A stretch of 64,000 nt of DNA from Candidatus Latescibacterota bacterium. Its GTDB lineage: Bacteria > Latescibacterota > UBA2968 > UBA8231. Numbering within the stretch: position 1 is the stretch's first letter; the number at the start of each line of letters is the position of its first letter. The stretch lies in assembly GCA_965217585.1 (NCBI GenBank), contig OZ244561.1, forward strand, positions 6,816,001 to 6,880,000, given 5' to 3'. Made by a program: the position numbers and the translations under genes. Shown one piece after another: positions 17,966 to 29,700 of the stretch. The notes beneath the pieces were generated by a model. The model made no database searches and had not been told where the DNA came from. It was given only the letters and a program-made list of their open reading frames with translations.

Positions 17966-20900
17966 CTACGACTTCTTCGGTCGGCGCAACCCGTACTTCT
18001 GCATGCGGTAGCGCAGCTTCTCCGGGTTCATGTCCAACAAGCGCGCCGCACCCCGTTCGCCATAGATCATCCAGTTAGTCGCTTGCAGCGCTTCCACAAG
18101 CTGCTGCTTTTCGTCCAAGCCTTCGCCAGCCGCTGGCGCGGGTGGCACCACATCCCTGCGCCGTGCAGCCGACAGCAGCGGCAAATCGCCCGCGCGTATC
18201 ACCCCGCCCTCGCACAGCAAAACCGCTCGATTGATCAGATGCTCCAGCTCGCGCACATTCCCCGGCCAAGAGTACGCTTGCAAGTGTGCGACCACCCCCT
18301 CGTCTAGCGTCGGCACCGGCCGCCGCAGATGCTGGGCATACCGCTCCGCAAAATGCGCCGCCAAGGCTGGTATATCCTCTTGCCGCTGCCGCAGCGGCGG
18401 AAGCTCTAGCGTGAAAACGCTCAGGCGGTAGAACAGGTCTTCGCGGAACGTGCCCTCTTGGATGGCCTGCCGCAGGTCGCGGTTGGTCGCCGCGATAACC
18501 CGCACATCCACGCTCACAGGCTGTTGGCCGCCGACGCGGGTCAGGGCATTCTCCTCTAAGATGTGCAGCAGCACCCGCTGAGACTCCAACGGCAAATCGC
18601 CGATTTCGTCCAAAAAGAGCGTGCCGCTATCGGCCAGTTCAAAGCGCCCAAGTTGACGGCTAGCTGCGCCGGTAAAGGCCCCTTTCTCATGGCCGAACAA
18701 CTCGCTTTCGACCAATCCGGCGGGCAGCGCCCCGCAATTGACGCGGATAAAGGGCCGCTTGCGGCGGGTGCTTGTTTCGTGGATGGTCTGCGCGAGTAAG
18801 CCCTTACCCGTGCCGGTCTCTCCCAGCACCAGCACGGTCATCGCCGTCTCGGCGACCCGCACAGTCTGCTCCAACACCTGGCGCATGGACCAGCTCTGAC
18901 TATGTACGACGTGGTCGGTCGCTCGCAGTACGTTTTCGAGGGCGTGGATGCGTTCGGTTTTGGCGTCGGGGAGGATCTGAATCTCCACGCCGGCCACCTC
19001 GGACAGCAGGCCATCGCGGTCCATCGTCCGCACCTCAAAGCGGTACTCGCCCACTGGTAAGGCGCTGTATGCAACAGCATTGGCGGCTGCAAACGCGCTC
19101 CACGGTTCCGTCGGGCCGTGGCCTACCAAGCGATGGCTGTAGCGCATCTGTCCAGCACCAGTGCGGAAGCTGATGCCCTGGAAGTGAATGCGGATCTCAG
19201 GCGTGCTCTCTGGGCAGGATACGGCTTCGGGCGCGGCCAAGAGGGTACCGGCCATCACCTCGCGGATCACCAAGCGCGGCGGCGTGTGCCCTGGTTGGTA
19301 GGCGACCAGCCCCGCCCGCGTCCCAAACCAGAGCCGACCGCGACGGTCGCACAGGACGGCTTCGACCTTGTTTTCGAGGGCAGATGGCCCCAAGCGGATG
19401 CTTTGGAAGGTCTCGCCGTCGTAGCGGAGGACGCCGCCGCCGCTGGTGCCCATCCAAATATGGCCCTCCGAGTCGGCGGTCAGCGCCAAGATGCCATTAG
19501 CCGACAACCCGAACTGCTCGGCGGTAAAGTGGCGCACCTGCCGCGACGAGAGATCAAGGGCGAACAGCCCCTTGGCCGTGCCCACCCACAAGGTGTTTTT
19601 GTGTTCCCGCAAGACGTTGACATAGGCGATGGACTCCGCTTCGGCCATATCCGCCGGGCGCAAGTGCCCATCCTCGTAACAGTAGAGTGCCGGTACTACT
19701 CCGTATAAACCGATCCAGAATACTCCGTCTCGGTCTTGCAGCAGCGCTCCGACCCAGAATATCCCGTCTTGGTCTTGCAGCGCGGTGCCGCATTCATCAA
19801 GATGGATAAAGCGATTTTCCTCTATCCAGCCAAAGCGGCCATTGGACGTGCCGACCCAGATACGCCCTTGCTCATCTTCGCATAGCCCGGCGATTTCTTC
19901 GAGATGGGTCTCTTCGGGCACTGCGATCACTTGTGGTGTTTGGCCCTCCCACTTATATACTTTGCCCGCCCCCCCGCCGCTCCAGACCTGCCCCTGGCCA
20001 TCCACCACCATCGCCGAGATGGTTTCCCCCGTCTTGACCGGGCGGATTTGGCCCTCTTCCATACAGGCCATGCCCCCCATCGTGCCAATCCACATCCGAC
20101 CCTTATGGTCCTCTCCTAAGTGGCAAATCTCGCGGTCGGGCAAACCGTCGGCTTCCGTGTAGTGCCGGATACTAGTCGGGTCACAAAAAATCAATCCGCC
20201 GCCCCAAAGCCCGATCCAGATATTGCCCTCGCGGTCCTCGTATGTCAGACGCGTAGCCGAAAAGTCAATATCCGACAAAGAAGCAGAAAAGGGATGCCAC
20301 TCCTGCCCGTCGTGTACCATCACGCCCCGATGGGTCAGCCAGAGCCAGCCCCTCTCGTCAGCCCGCACATGCCGCGTCCCGTTCTGCGCCACTCCTTCGT
20401 CGCCCTTGCCCACGTTAATGCACGCAAGATGTTGGTCCCGTGGATCGTAGCGACCAATCAAGACCTCGCTACTAGTGAAATGGAAGGCGATCCACAGATG
20501 GCCGGAGGAGTCTTGGGCGAATTTCCAGGGCCATTGACTCACCCGGTTGCCAATACCCATGTGCTGCCCATCCAAGCTGATGACGCCTCGCCACGCCGCC
20601 AGCCAGGTAGTACCGCTCGCGTCGGTAGCCATATCGTACACTCGCCCCAACGGTTGGCCGCCAATATCGGTTATGCACTTTATGCAGCGGCCCTCGGCAA
20701 ACCACGCCACGCCCGCGCCGGTCAACGCCAAAATCGAGCCATCCGGCTGAGCTTGCAGACCCACGATCTCGTTGGAAGGCAGGCCGTGCTCGGTGGTGTA
20801 CACCTGAAAGCTGCGCCCATCGTAGGCGGCAATCCCCCCGCCGAACGTGCCGAACAAAAGCCGCCCGTCGGCTTCCTCGGCAATGGCCATGACCGTCAGA

Positions 20901-21091
20901 TTGGGCAGACCATCCTTGATGCCAAACGTATCAAACCGGGCACTGTCGAACCGGCTGACGCCGCCATCGGCCGTGGCGATCCAGAGAAAGCCGCGACGGT
21001 CTTGGTAGATGTCTTCCACATGCATCCCAGCCAGCCCATCAAAAACCGTGTACTGGCTGCTCAACACGTGCTCAAAGGAGATGTCGCTCAT
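17966..21091 (-). CDS. sigma54 enhancer-binding protein with N-terminal Reg_prop beta-propellers and Y_Y_Y domain
   Basis: DGLP...EDxxGxxWIGT repeats; YSALPVGEYRFEVR; Walker A GETGTGK; ESELFGHEKGAFTGA; LFLDEIG; WPGNVREL; Fis-type HTH. Confidence 0.93.
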   Translation of the reverse strand: MSDISFEHVLSSQYTVFDGLAGMHVEDIYQDRRGFLWIATADGGVSRFDSARFDTFGIKDGLPNLTVMAIAEEADGRLLFGTFGGGIAAYDGRSFQVYTTEHGLPSNEIVGLQAQPDGSILALTGAGVAWFAEGRCIKCITDIGGQPLGRVYDMATDASGTTWLAAWRGVISLDGQHMGIGNRVSQWPWKFAQDSSGHLWIAFHFTSSEVLIGRYDPRDQHLACINVGKGDEGVAQNGTRHVRADERGWLWLTHRGVMVHDGQEWHPFSASLSDIDFSATRLTYEDREGNIWIGLWGGGLIFCDPTSIRHYTEADGLPDREICHLGEDHKGRMWIGTMGGMACMEEGQIRPVKTGETISAMVVDGQGQVWSGGGAGKVYKWEGQTPQVIAVPEETHLEEIAGLCEDEQGRIWVGTSNGRFGWIEENRFIHLDECGTALQDQDGIFWVGALLQDRDGVFWIGLYGVVPALYCYEDGHLRPADMAEAESIAYVNVLREHKNTLWVGTAKGLFALDLSSRQVRHFTAEQFGLSANGILALTADSEGHIWMGTSGGGVLRYDGETFQSIRLGPSALENKVEAVLCDRRGRLWFGTRAGLVAYQPGHTPPRLVIREVMAGTLLAAPEAVSCPESTPEIRIHFQGISFRTGAGQMRYSHRLVGHGPTEPWSAFAAANAVAYSALPVGEYRFEVRTMDRDGLLSEVAGVEIQILPDAKTERIHALENVLRATDHVVHSQSWSMRQVLEQTVRVAETAMTVLVLGETGTGKGLLAQTIHETSTRRKRPFIRVNCGALPAGLVESELFGHEKGAFTGAASRQLGRFELADSGTLFLDEIGDLPLESQRVLLHILEENALTRVGGQQPVSVDVRVIAATNRDLRQAIQEGTFREDLFYRLSVFTLELPPLRQRQEDIPALAAHFAERYAQHLRRPVPTLDEGVVAHLQAYSWPGNVRELEHLINRAVLLCEGGVIRAGDLPLLSAARRRDVVPPAPAAGEGLDEKQQLVEALQATNWMIYGERGAARLLDMNPEKLRYRMQKYGLRRPKKS

Positions 21092-21362
21092 ACGCGTCCT
21101 TCCGACGATTGGGAGATCCCGGCCTTTAATACAGGACCCATCCCTAAGATACGACTGCCGACGTCCTAAATCTGATCCTAAGCTAGGATTGCCTCAAGTT
21201 GAATTTCACCAGCAGCGCACGAGGGGACGGTACGATGCGCAGCTTCAGCCGTCAGCGCAAGGCTTTCCACGACTGTGCTGTGACCTACGACTTTTTCGGG
21301 TAGTGATTACTTTTGGATTTTGCGCTTGTGGACCGATAAGGCAGGATTGGTGCGGAAGGGCG

Positions 21363-21392
21363 CGTAGGAGCGGCTTGAGGACCGCCCCTACG
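21363..21392. repeat. GTAG-type REP-like hairpin
   Basis: CGTAGGAGCGG-N8-CCGCCCCTACG; related copies at 30124 and 32919. Confidence 0.6.
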
Positions 21393-22389
21393 GACGAGGC
21401 GAGATTAATGATTTGATCCGTCCCCACGACTGGGACTCGACGCTCGTCGCAGTAGTAGAAGGGACGACAGGTTGCCAAACGGGATACTCTCCGCCCAAAC
21501 CGTTGGTCAGATTGACCAAATTGCTCCCGTCTATATCGACAGCCCAAATCTCCCCCGTGTCGGGGTAATAGGAGTAAGAAGTGCCAGAACTGTTGAAAAT
21601 GGTGTATGAGGTGAAGGCTACCCTCGTGCTGTTGGGTGCCCAAGTAATGGGAAAAGCAGTAGAGGCCCAAGAATAGCCGACATCCACATCCCTAAAAAAG
21701 GAATCAACAGGTTGGCCGGACGGGAGCATGACCGTGACCTCGTCTGAACCGATCATAGCAGGTTCTTCACGGATCAGGATGAATAGATCCCGGCTCTCTT
21801 CGTCATCAGCTTGGCCCTCTTCGTCACCATGCAGCACGCCGACGTATGCCCGTTTGGTTTCGTCTGGAGAAAGATAGCGATGGTCCCAGAAGCGGCGGAT
21901 TATCAAAGCCGCCTCCCTCCATTCCACACCTCTCCATTCCACAAGTGAAGATCCGCTGCCGTCCGGTGCCACGGCGAACAGCTCAGAGCGATCCCACACA
22001 AAGTAGAAAATGCTTTGGCCGTCTTCAGACCAAAACAAGTCTTCTCCGCTATTAAGACCTATTTTTTTAATATGGTCTGTTAGCTGCTTTCGATTGCCGC
22101 CGTCGGCGTCCATCACCCAGATGTCCCTACCGGAATAATTCCTACGGGAATAATCGGCACCAACGTCGAGATAGGCGATCTTCGTGCCATCCGGAGACCA
22201 AATCGGGCTAGCGCAATACTGTCCTTGGGTTAGGTTCACGGGGTTGCTCCCGTCCGCATTCATAATCCACACGTCATTGTACCCCTCGCGATAGGAGAGA
22301 AATGCTATTTTACCGTCGGCTTGCCCCCAGCCTGAGACGGCCAGCCCCAGTGTTGCCAAGCAGACTATCAGTATGGATCGATAGTTCAT
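21388..22389 (-). CDS. Secreted TolB-like PD40 propeller protein with C-terminal SWGRIK tag
   Basis: Signal peptide; WSPDGTKIAY repeats; tail TATSVESQSWGRIK. Confidence 0.85.
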   Translation of the reverse strand: MNYRSILIVCLATLGLAVSGWGQADGKIAFLSYREGYNDVWIMNADGSNPVNLTQGQYCASPIWSPDGTKIAYLDVGADYSRRNYSGRDIWVMDADGGNRKQLTDHIKKIGLNSGEDLFWSEDGQSIFYFVWDRSELFAVAPDGSGSSLVEWRGVEWREAALIIRRFWDHRYLSPDETKRAYVGVLHGDEEGQADDEESRDLFILIREEPAMIGSDEVTVMLPSGQPVDSFFRDVDVGYSWASTAFPITWAPNSTRVAFTSYTIFNSSGTSYSYYPDTGEIWAVDIDGSNLVNLTNGLGGEYPVWQPVVPSTTATSVESQSWGRIKSLISPRP

Positions 22390-22437
22390 AACATGCCTCC
22401 TTGCATAAAGGCTATGAATAAGATGGTTAAAGGTATG

Positions 22438-23370
22438 TCATGGGACTGAAAGCAGCGATTTGATATGTCCCCACGACTGGGTTTCGACGCTCGTCGCAGC
22501 CGGGGTCGTCGGCTGCCAAGAGGGTTCGCGTCCACCTAAGCCGTTGGTCAATTCGACCAAGTTGCTCCCGTCTATATCAACAACCCAAACCTCCTTGTCC
22601 CCTTGCTCGCTAGCGGCAGAGAAGGCGATTCTCATGCTGTCAGGCGACCAAGTAGTTGGGTCAGCTATTCTCTCCCAGCCGGGTTCAAGTTCAGCTTGTT
22701 GATAGGGTAGATCGGGAAGGAGAATCTCCGAGAAATCTTCTATCTGTTTAGAAGGCTGCGGCCCCTTACTGGGAGCGAAGCTAACTAGGCGTAGGTAGGC
22801 ATTGCCCTCGTCGTCCTGCAACACGACTTCTGCTCGTTTGGTTCCGTCTGGAGAACGACCGCGATTATCGAGGAAACGGCGGACTATCCCAGCCCCTTCC
22901 TTCCAATCCACGGGTGAGGAGCCACTGCCGTCCAACTCCACCACGAACAGTTGTTCATTGCGGGACCTCCTATAGTAGTAAATGCGACTCCCGTCTTCAG
23001 CCCAAAAGAACTCCCCATGTCCGGGATCTACTAGATATCCCACTTGTTGCGGATTGCCGCCGTCGGCGTCCATCACCCAGATGGCACCTTGGGAATAATC
23101 GACCCAGATGACACCATCGGAATCGAAATAATCGTCAAAGGCGAGATAGGCGATCTTCGTGCCATCCGGTGACCAAGCCAAGTTAACGCAATGCCGATGC
23201 CGGCCTTGGGTTAAGTTGACGGGGGCGCTCCCATCCGCATTCATAATCCAAACGTCGGAAGGTCTCTCACGATAGGAGAGAAATGCTATTTTACCGTCGG
23301 CTTGCCCCCAGCCAGCGACGGCTAGCCCCAGCGTTGCCAAGTAGGCGATCAGTAGGGATCGATAGCTCAT
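22438..23370 (-). CDS. Secreted PD40 propeller protein with SWGHIK tag
   Basis: Start MSYRSLL after GAAAGGAG; PD40 repeats. Confidence 0.85.
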   Translation of the reverse strand: MSYRSLLIAYLATLGLAVAGWGQADGKIAFLSYRERPSDVWIMNADGSAPVNLTQGRHRHCVNLAWSPDGTKIAYLAFDDYFDSDGVIWVDYSQGAIWVMDADGGNPQQVGYLVDPGHGEFFWAEDGSRIYYYRRSRNEQLFVVELDGSGSSPVDWKEGAGIVRRFLDNRGRSPDGTKRAEVVLQDDEGNAYLRLVSFAPSKGPQPSKQIEDFSEILLPDLPYQQAELEPGWERIADPTTWSPDSMRIAFSAASEQGDKEVWVVDIDGSNLVELTNGLGGREPSWQPTTPAATSVETQSWGHIKSLLSVP

Positions 23371-23435
23371 AACGTAGCTCCTTTCATATATGGATTCATC
23401 GGTCTTTCCTTTTAACAACTAAAAAACCTCTCTCC

Positions 23436-25417
23436 TTATGGGAGCCTGGTCGTCTTTTTCGCTTCCACCTGTCCGGCCACCTCGACCCGATAGATATACA
23501 CTCCGGCGGCTACTGCCTTCCCCGCCGCGTCGCGGCCATTCCACACAAACCGATGGCTACCCGCCTGAAGCGGCCCCTGCCACAACTGCCGCACCCGACG
23601 ACCCAACACGTCGTAGAGTGTCAAGGAGACCTGCTTTTGGTCTGTCGCCAAATCGAGGGGAATCACCATTGTGGGATTGAACGGATTGGGATAGCTGTCG
23701 CCGAGCCGATACTGGGCCGGTCGAACTGTCGTCGGCGTCTGCACTGCCGTCGGCTGCTCGCTCAGCGAACTCTTGAGCACATACACCCCGCCCAAGATCG
23801 GATCTAACACGACCAAGTCGAGATCGCCGTCGCTATCCATATCCCCGGAGAGTACATGTGTACCACTTCCTGGCAGACGATGCCGCTCCCCTTGTTGGGT
23901 AGGATGGACACCCCCACCCCACTCGACGAACACCCCAAAGCCCGAAGCGCGATCTCCGCCAATAAACACCCAGTCCTCAACCCCATCGGCGTTTAGATCA
24001 CGCACCATCACCGACGAGCGGAGGAACAGCCGATCATCATATAATACCTCCGCGACTTCTAGGCCGCCTCCGGCGCTCTTCTTCAAGACCAGCCCCCTGC
24101 GATCTTCAAATGGATCGCGTGTGAACTCTGTGACGAAATCCATCTGCCCATCGCCGTCAAAATCTACCATTTCTTCGCCTCCCACAATCAGCGTGTTCGG
24201 CCACAATATGTCTAGTAATGACCCTTCGCCGATAAGGTCGTCGATCTCCACCTCCTCGTAAGTCCATACGCCCTGTTCTATATACCATACTTCGCCTTCT
24301 CCAGAAGCAATATCTTCTACATATAATTCACCCCGGCCGTCGTCATTCCAATCAACCACAGCCACGAGCCAGCTATCCTCGATCTGTACCAACACCTCGA
24401 CTTGGAGTTCCGGCCCGATAGACCAAACTTCTATCATCTCCTCCTCCTCCCCATCCCAGCGGGGATATCTCACGATTTCGTCTCGGCCATCGCCGGTCAA
24501 ATCAGCACCTACCACACCTAAGTATGACCTATGGACCACTGTTAAGAAGTCGCCTGTGGCCTCTACCTCTATAGGCCCCAGTTCCAAGGCACCTTGTCCG
24601 TCATTGAGTGCCATCAGCCATCCAGCTTTATGCTCAGACGTCCCCCGGGTATAATCTGTGTGATAAAAGAAGGCGAAAAGGTCTAGGTCGCCATCTCCAT
24701 CCAAATCCATCAAGGCACCAGCCACATCACTCGCCAATTCTCCCCCGATACCCCGCGCAATCGGATAGAAAACCGGCGGGGCAAAAAGTCCGGCCCGATC
24801 AAAGCGAAAATACTCTACGGGTGGCGGAGGCAGTTCTCCCTGTGCGAGCTCTTCCTCACCGGTCACTCAATCCAGTCGATCTCAAGCCATTCGACCATCT
24901 CTGCCGACGGGCCTCTTGAAAAACTGAGCTGAATATCTTTTAACCAGCCCTCCCAATTGTCTTGACCCGCCAACGAGAACATTACTTCCTGCCACTCGGG
25001 GGAGATATCGACTGTTTCTCCGGAGGAGATTGACCGGTCGCTAGGTAGCTGTTCCGAATCCCCCATGTTGTGCTCGTTAGTCCACTCCATCCAAAAACCA
25101 CCATGAACGACCGTAGAGACGATGCGGAACCGGATGCGGACTTGGTCGAACAGACCCGAATCGTACCCAATGGTAGGAGAAACCAATTCGACACTCGGCC
25201 AAGGGTAGAAACTCTTGGTGACGGAGGGCGCGACCGCAATCCTCCACACGCCCGCTTCGACCTCCCCTGGAAACAGGTGGGTTTCACGCGTACCACCCGA
25301 CAAAAAAGCTTCTCTGGCAGACCACCCTTGCGTCGTCCCGTCGTCGAACTCCCAAGTGATCGCCGCGACAGGACCGCTCCATAGTATCACGCATACAACA
25401 ACGGAGAACTTCGACAT
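23436..25417 (-). pseudogene. FG-GAP/CTD paralog split by a 1-bp deletion at about 24865
   Basis: Paralogs read GAG TTG ACC (E-L-T); this copy reads GAG TGA CC. It gives ORFs 24863..25417 and 23436..24866, and the propeller is shorter than in paralogs. Confidence 0.75.
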
Positions 25418-25471
25418 GACATCCCCTCCATAGAGAACATTCCGGTAAGACTGCGTAGTTGGCCCCACCCC

Positions 25472-25574
25472 TCAAGGCAACTTGGTCGTCTTCTTGGTTT
25501 CCGCTCGCCCATCTACCTCAAAGCGATAGAGATATACTCCGGCTACCACCCCCTTGCCGACCTCGTCGCAGCCA
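25472..25574 (-). pseudogene. Orphan last ~33 codons of a CTD (GCDEVGKGVVAGVYLYRFEVDGRAETKKTTKLP-stop)
   Basis: Begins directly after the stop codon of the PD40 gene at 25575. Confidence 0.85.
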
Positions 25575-26534
25575 TTAACGAGTACCTGTTGAAAGCAGCG
25601 CTTTGATCTGTCCCCACGACTGAACCTCGACGCTCGTCGCAGTAGCAGAAGGGGAAACTGGTTGCCAAGCGGGATTAGCTCCGTCCAAACCGTTGGTCAG
25701 ATTGACCAAGTTGCTCCCGTCTATATCAACAACCCAAACTCCCATGTACCCTTGCTCGTTATTGGCAGTGAAGGCGATTCTCATGCTGTCAGGCGACCAA
25801 GTAGGGTGGAGATCCACTTTAGACCAGCCGGGTTCAAGTTCAGCTTGTTGATAGGGTAGATCGGGAAGGGGAACATCCCATAAATCTTCTATCTGGTCAG
25901 AAGGCTGTGGCCCCTCAGTGGGAGCGAAGATAACTAGGCGTAGGTAGGCATTGCCCTCGTCGTCCTGCAACACGACACTTGCTCGTTTGGTTCCGTCTGG
26001 AGAGCGACCGCGATCGAGGAAACGGCGGACTATCCCAGCCGCCTCCCTCCAGTCCACGGGTGAAGAGCCACTGCCGTCCAGTGCCACAACGAACAGTTCA
26101 TAGCGGGGATACTGCACGTAGTAGTAAATGCTACTTCCGTCTTCAGCCCAAAAAAGCTCCTCAGATCTGGGCGGTGTTAGAGATGCCACAGATCTGGGCG
26201 GTGTTAGAGATGCCACTGGTTGCGGATTGCCGCCATCGGCGTCCATCACCCAGATATCGGCAACGGAATAATCGACCCAGGCGGAATCGAGATCGACACT
26301 AAAGGCGAAATAGGCGATCTTCGTGCCATCCGGAGACCAAACCAAGTCAACGCAATAAGCATGCCGGCCTTGGGTTAAGTTGACGGGGTCGCCCCCATCC
26401 GCATTCATAATCCACACGTCATTGTTCCCCTCGCGCCACGAGGTAAATGCGATTTTACCGTCGGTTTGCCCCCAGCTAGCGATGGCTAGCCCCAGCGTTG
26501 CCAAGCAGACGAGCAGTAGGGAGCGATAGTTCAT
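25575..26534 (-). CDS. Secreted PD40 propeller protein with SWGQIK tag
   Basis: Paralog of 22438; contains a 27-bp tandem duplication. Confidence 0.85.
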   Translation of the reverse strand: MNYRSLLLVCLATLGLAIASWGQTDGKIAFTSWREGNNDVWIMNADGGDPVNLTQGRHAYCVDLVWSPDGTKIAYFAFSVDLDSAWVDYSVADIWVMDADGGNPQPVASLTPPRSVASLTPPRSEELFWAEDGSSIYYYVQYPRYELFVVALDGSGSSPVDWREAAGIVRRFLDRGRSPDGTKRASVVLQDDEGNAYLRLVIFAPTEGPQPSDQIEDLWDVPLPDLPYQQAELEPGWSKVDLHPTWSPDSMRIAFTANNEQGYMGVWVVDIDGSNLVNLTNGLDGANPAWQPVSPSATATSVEVQSWGQIKALLSTGTR

Positions 26535-26578
26535 AACGTGCCTCCTTGCATAAGAGATCTATTCTATAATTATGATAT

Positions 26579-26593
26579 GCACATTTCGTGCCA
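26579..26593 (-). promoter_or_regulatory. sigma54 promoter, copy 2
   Basis: TGGCACGAAATGTGC, 45 bp upstream of the ATG at 26534. Confidence 0.85.
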
Positions 26594-26614
26594 AAAACTC
26601 GAGCACCGACAAAA

Positions 26615-26641
26615 AATCCTTTAGGAATACCCTAAAGGATT
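26615..26641 (-). terminator. 11-bp inverted repeat plus T-run, copy 2
   Basis: AATCCTTTAGG-aatac-CCTAAAGGATT. Confidence 0.6.
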
Positions 26642-26715
26642 GAAAAATATAATACTTGAAATATGAAACGAGTCTTTTTACGAAGTGCAGCCTCAGCCGT
26701 CGGCGCAAGGTTTTA

Positions 26716-26750
26716 CACGATTTTTCGTGCAATCTGAACGATTTTTCGTG
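26716..26750. promoter_or_regulatory. Two tandem enhancer-like palindromes
   Basis: CACGATTTTTCGTG and AACGATTTTTCGTG, 21-bp period. Confidence 0.65.
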
Positions 26751-26758
26751 TTGGCCGC

Positions 26759-29700
26759 CTACGACTTCTTCGGTCGGCGCAACCCGTACTTCCTCATGCG
26801 ATAGCGCAGCTTCTCCGGGTTCATGCCCAACAAATGCGCCGCACCCCGCTCGCCATAGATCATCCAGTTGGTCGCCTGCAGCGCCTCCACAAGCTGCTGC
26901 TTTTCGTCCAAGCCTGCGCCGACCACTACCGCTGGTGCCACCCCAGCCCCAGCCCGCCGACCAACCGACGGCAGCAGCAAATCACCAACGCGTATTACCC
27001 CGTCCTCACACAACAAAACCGCCCTATTGATCAGGTGCTCCAACTCGCGCACATTCCCCGGCCAAGCATACGCCTGCAAGTGCCCGATCACCCCCTCGTC
27101 TATCGTCGGCACCGGCCGCCGCAGGTGCTGAGCATATCGCTCCGCAAAATGCGCCGCCAAAGCCGGGATATCCTCTTGCCGCTGCCGCAGCGGCGGAAGC
27201 TCTAACGTAAAAACGCTCAGGCGGTAGAATAAGTCTTCGCGGAACGTGCCTTCCTCGATGGCCTGCCGCAAGTCGCGGTTAGTCGCCGCAATGACCCGCA
27301 CATCCACGCTTACAGAATGCTCGCCGCCGACGCGGGTCAGGGCATTCTCCTCTAAGATGTGCAGCAGCACCCGCTGAGACTCCAACGGCAAATCGCCGAT
27401 TTCGTCCAAAAAGAGCGTGCCGCCATCGGCCAGTTCAAAGCGCCCAAGCTGACGGCCCGCCGCCCCGGTAAAGGCCCCTTTCTCATGGCCGAATAACTCG
27501 CTTTCGACCAACCCGGCCGGCAGCGCCCCGCAATTGACGCGGATAAAGGGCCGCTTGCGGCGAGTGCTTGTTTCGTGGATGGTCTGCGCCAGTAAGCCCT
27601 TGCCCGTGCCGGTCTCGCCCAGCACGAGCACGGTCATCGCGGTCTCGGCGACGCGCACGGTCTGTTCCAGCACTTGGCGCATAGCCCAGCTCTCGCTATG
27701 CACGACGTGGTCAGTGGCTCGCAGTGCGTTTTCAAGGGCGTGGATGCGTTCGGTTTTGGCATCAGGTAAAACATGGACCTCCAAACAGGATACCTCGGAC
27801 AGCAGACCATCGCGGTCCATCGTCCGCACCTCAAAGCGGTACTCGCCTACTGGCAAGGCGCTGTACGCGACCGCATCGGCGACCGTAAACGAACTCCACT
27901 GTTCCGTGGGATCGTGGCCTAAAAGGCGATGACTGTAGCGCATTTGCCTCGCGCCAGTGCGAAAGCTGATGCCTTGAAAGTGAATGCGGATTTCAGGCGT
28001 GCTCTCTGGGCAGGATACCGCTTCGGGCGCGGCCAAGCGGGTACCGGCCATAACCTCGCGGATGACCAAGCGCGGCGGGGTGTGTCCCGGCTGGTAGGCG
28101 ACCAGCCCCGCCCGCGTCCCAAACCACATCCGACCGCGACGGTCGCACAGGACGGCTTCGACCTTATTTTCGAGGGCAGATGGCCCCAAGCGGATGCTTT
28201 GGAAGGTCTCGCCGTCGTAGCGGAGGATCCCGCCGCCGCTGGTGCCTATCCAGATATTGCCCTGCGGGTCGGAGGTCAGCGCCAAGATGCCATTAGCCGA
28301 CAGCCCAAACTGTTCAGCGGTAAAGTGGCGCACCTCCCGCGACGAGAGATCAAGGGCGAACAGCCCCTTGGCCGTACCCACCCATAGGGTGTTTTGGTGC
28401 TCCCACAAAACGTTGACATAGGCGATAGACTCTGCTTCGGCCATATCCGCCGGGTGGAAACGACCATTCTCGTAACAGTAGAGTGCCGGCACTCTTCCGT
28501 AGAAACCAACCCAGAATACTCCGTTTTGGTCTTGCAGCAGGGCATGGCACTCGTCGATTAACCATTCGTCGAAGGGGGTGAAGCAATTTTCCTCTATCCA
28601 GCCAAAGCCAAAGCAGCCCCGGAAAATGCCGACCCATATACGCCCTTGCCCATCCTCGCACAGCCCGGAGACTTCTCCGAAGTGGGCCTCTTCGGCCACA
28701 GAGATCGCTTGCGGCGTTTGGCCCTCCCACCTATACACTTGGCCAGTGTCTCCACCGCTCCAAACCTGTCCCTGACCATCCACCACCATCGCCGAGACGA
28801 CTTCACGAGTTCCTACCGGGAGAATTTGGCCCTCTTCCATGCAGGCCATGCCCCCCATCGTGCCAATCCACATCCGACCCTCATGGTCTTCTCCCAAACG
28901 ACGAATCTCGTGGTCGGGTAGGCCGTCGGCTTCGGTGTAGCGGCGGATGCTGGCTAGGTCGCAAAAAATCAGCCCGCCGCCCCAAAGCCCGATCCAGATA
29001 TTGCCCTCGCGGTCCTCGTAGCTCAGGCGCGTATCCGAAAAGTCAATGTCCGGCAAGGAGGCGGAAAGGTGGTACCACTCCTGCCCGTCGTAGCAGATCA
29101 CGCCCCGGTGGGTCAGCCAGAGCCAACCCCTCCCGTCAACTCGAATGTGCCGCGTCCCATTTTGTGCAGCCCTCTCAGCTCTATTGCCCACGTTAATGAG
29201 TGCGAACTGCTCGTTATGTGGATTGTAGCGGCCGATCAAGGCTTCGCTACCCGTATAATGGAAGGCGGTCCACAGATGGCCGGAGGGATCTTGAGCAAAT
29301 TTCCAAGGATCTTGGATTGCTCGGTCGCTGACACCCATGCGCCGTCCATCCAAGCTGAGGACACCTTGGTCCCAAGTCGCCAGCCAAGTGGTACCAGCCG
29401 CGTCGGTGACCATATCGTACACTCGCCCCAACCGTTGGCCACCAACGTCGGTTATGCACTTCATGCAGCGGCCCTCGGCAAACCACGCCACGCCTGCGCC
29501 GGTCAACGCCAAAATCGAGCCATCCGGCTGAGCTTGCAGACCCACAATCTCATTGGAAGGCAAGCCGTGCTCGGTGGTGTACACCTGAAAGCCGCGTCCG
29601 TCGTACGCGGCGATCCCACCGCCGAACGTGCCGAACAAAAGCCGCCCGTCTGCTTCCTCGGCAATGGCCATGACCGTCAGATTGGGCAGACCGTCCTTGA

